From Nannocystis bainbridge (lineage in GTDB: Bacteria > Myxococcota_A > Polyangia > Nannocystales > Nannocystaceae): DNA of 64,000 nucleotides. The position numbers and the translations under genes were made by a program. Location: assembly GCF_028368995.1 (NCBI RefSeq), contig NZ_JAQNDL010000001.1, forward strand, positions 512,001-576,000, read 5' to 3'. Below are positions 62,023-64,000 of the stretch, one piece after another (position 1 is the stretch's first letter; the number at the start of each line of letters is the position of its first letter). The notes below the pieces were generated by a model that saw only the letters and a program-made list of their open reading frames with translations, was not told where the DNA came from and did not search any database.

Positions 62023-63381
62023 TCAGGCTCCTGGCGGGACGGCCGCGTCCGCGTGGTGGGGGGTCTCTCGCCCGCTGCTGGCGGGCGACGGGTAGATCAG
62101 GCGCGACGGCTGGCGCCACCAGCCGGGCACCGCGAGCGCCGGGTGGCGGGCGGTCTCGCCGCGGGCCAGGCCCGCGAGGTAGCGCGCCAGCTCGGTGGGC
62201 CTCGGGGTCCCGTCGCGCACGTCGAAGGCGCCGGGCTCGTATCGACCGGTCTCGCGGGTCACCAGGCAGTGCCAGTCGAACGCGCCGAACAGCGACCACG
62301 CCGTGACCGCGCGGACGTCGACCCCGGCCTCGCGGCAGCGCAGCGCCGCGCGCCACAGCTCGTCGAACCAGCGGATCTGCTCGTCGACGTGGCAGGCGAG
62401 GTGGGCCTCGGTGACGGCGATCGGGAGGCCGTAGCGCGCCGCCAGCTCGCACAGCAGCTCGTACGGGCCCGGCACCGCGTCGTCGCACACGCGGACCGCC
62501 TCGACGTCGACGTAGTGGTGGCGGCCGTTGCCGCCGACGAGGCCGGCCGGGTAGTGCTCGATACGGTCGTCGAGGAACCGCACGCTGGTGACGTAGTGAT
62601 TGACGCCGAGCAGGTCCGGCGGCGGCTGGTCGCGCAATTCGGCGAGCTCGCCCTCGGTCACCCCGAACTTCAGCAAATAGGGGTACAGCGGGTGGTCACG
62701 CCCGACCCGGCCGCCCAGCAGGTCGTGCGAAAGAAACCGCCGCCGGTTCTCGAACTCCGCCTGGTACCGCAGCGCGGGCGTCGAGAGCGTGGCCCCGAGG
62801 TCCTCGGTGTGCAGCAGCCGCGCCGCGGGGTTGATGCGCTGGATCTCCCGCATCGCCCGCTGGGTCGCCAGACACTGGTGAATCAGCGCCCGGCAGAACG
62901 AGGCGTCGCTGCGATGATGGGGGTACCAGTGGCCGTAAAGCCCGCTGAAGCGGGCCGTGGTCAGCGGCTCGTTGACGGGGGTGTAGAGCTCGACCCACGG
63001 GTAGCGCCGGGCCACCGCGCCGGCGAAATCGGCGAGCAGCCGCGGGAACTGCGGATCCAGCAGATCGGTGTGGCGCGGCCCGCTGCCGTGATGCACGAGC
63101 CCAACGATCGGGGTCACCCCGCGCGCGCGCAGCAGCCTCAGCCGGCGATCCGACCAGGCGAATTCGCGGCGGCCCGGGCTCGGCTCGGTGCGCTCCCACA
63201 GCACCGGGTAGCGGACCGCGCGGACCCCGAGGCCGGCGATCCTCTCGATGTCGCAGGGCCGGTGGTGGTGGCCGCTGGCGTGCAGCTGATCGTGCACGCG
63301 ATCGCCGACGCGATTGACCGTACATTCGACGCCGCCCCACAGGGCGAGCGGCGCCGGCTCCTGACGGGTGATCGTCGTCAT
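62023..63381 (-). CDS. Glycoside hydrolase family 1-like protein
   Basis: WGGVEC, RYPVLW, VNEP (acid/base), VTE (nucleophile). Confidence 0.85.
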   Translation of the reverse strand: MTTITRQEPAPLALWGGVECTVNRVGDRVHDQLHASGHHHRPCDIERIAGLGVRAVRYPVLWERTEPSPGRREFAWSDRRLRLLRARGVTPIVGLVHHGSGPRHTDLLDPQFPRLLADFAGAVARRYPWVELYTPVNEPLTTARFSGLYGHWYPHHRSDASFCRALIHQCLATQRAMREIQRINPAARLLHTEDLGATLSTPALRYQAEFENRRRFLSHDLLGGRVGRDHPLYPYLLKFGVTEGELAELRDQPPPDLLGVNHYVTSVRFLDDRIEHYPAGLVGGNGRHHYVDVEAVRVCDDAVPGPYELLCELAARYGLPIAVTEAHLACHVDEQIRWFDELWRAALRCREAGVDVRAVTAWSLFGAFDWHCLVTRETGRYEPGAFDVRDGTPRPTELARYLAGLARGETARHPALAVPGWWRQPSRLIYPSPASSGRETPHHADAAVPPGA

Positions 63382-63390
63382 GGCCTCGGG

Positions 63391-64000
63391 TCACCCGCGC
63401 AGCCGGGCGTAGAGCGTCAGCGCCTGAGCGACCACCTGGTCCATGTTGTAATAGCGGTAGGTGCCGAGCCGGCCGACGAAGTGGACCCCGGGGGTCGCGT
63501 CGGCGAGGGCCTTGTAGCGGCGGTAGAGCTCGGCGTTCTCGGGCCGCGGGATCGGGTAGTACGGGTCGCCGTCGTCGCACGGATACTCGTAGACGACGCT
63601 GGTCTTGCCGTGGTCCTGGCCCGTGAGGTACTTGAACTCGGTGATCCGCGTGTAGGGGTGCTCGTTGGGGTAATTGACGACCGGCGCGCGCTGAAACACC
63701 GGCTTGTCGACGGTCTCGTGGCGGAAGCGCAGCGAGCGATACGGCAGCTTGCCGAACCGATGATCGAAGTACTCGTCGACCGGGCCGGTGTAGATCAGCT
63801 CGCGGTAGCCGACCTCGCCGACGATCTCGCGGAAATCGGCGTTGAGCATCACCTTGATGTTGGGGTGCGCGAGCATGCGCTCGAACATGCGGGTGTAGCC
63901 GCGGCTCGGCATGGCCTGGTAGGTGTCGCCGAAGTAGCGGTCGTCGCGGTTGCTCCGCACCGGCACGCGCGCGGTCACGGAGGCGTCGAGCTCGCTGGGG
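63391..64000 (-). CDS. glf: UDP-galactopyranose mutase (5' end outside window)
   Basis: RYFGDTYQAMP, LPYRSL, TRITEFK, PYYP, GRLGTYRYYNMDQ. Confidence 0.95.
   Translation of the reverse strand, partial: PSELDASVTARVPVRSNRDDRYFGDTYQAMPSRGYTRMFERMLAHPNIKVMLNADFREIVGEVGYRELIYTGPVDEYFDHRFGKLPYRSLRFRHETVDKPVFQRAPVVNYPNEHPYTRITEFKYLTGQDHGKTSVVYEYPCDDGDPYYPIPRPENAELYRRYKALADATPGVHFVGRLGTYRYYNMDQVVAQALTLYARLRG

Overview
A 64-kb, very GC-rich bacterial window. The gene style (Thr/Gly-rich Cys lipoproteins, TSP3-OmpA, LysM-PGB protein) suggests a myxobacterium, probably Nannocystis-like (inference). Most of it is a large stress/surface-glycan accessory region: SDRs, an OYE-type oxidoreductase, a DUF488-AlkA fusion, a CvrA-type antiporter, an ADP-heptose pathway (gmhA fused to a GT4, gmhB, hldE) with four GT9 genes, two hemerythrins, BON, DUF2795, DUF3606, two duplicated ferritin-like modules, galE, GH1 and glf. 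The standout is an IS110-family bridge recombinase element (43910-45314). Its ends, CT cores, donor, target and junction promoter can be read from the sequence, and its long left end encodes one donor-binding loop and TWO target-binding-loop hairpins with the same left guide and different right guides. Other candidates are a LysM/PG-binding gene paired with an IucA/IucC-fold, Zn-finger orphan effector, a secreted precursor with a 4-Cys bacteriocin-like tail plus a membrane partner (one intact, one decayed copy), and a lower-GC island with an HD-domain protein, a phage-gene-D-like protein and an integrase remnant. All family calls come from motif recognition by eye; no searches were run.
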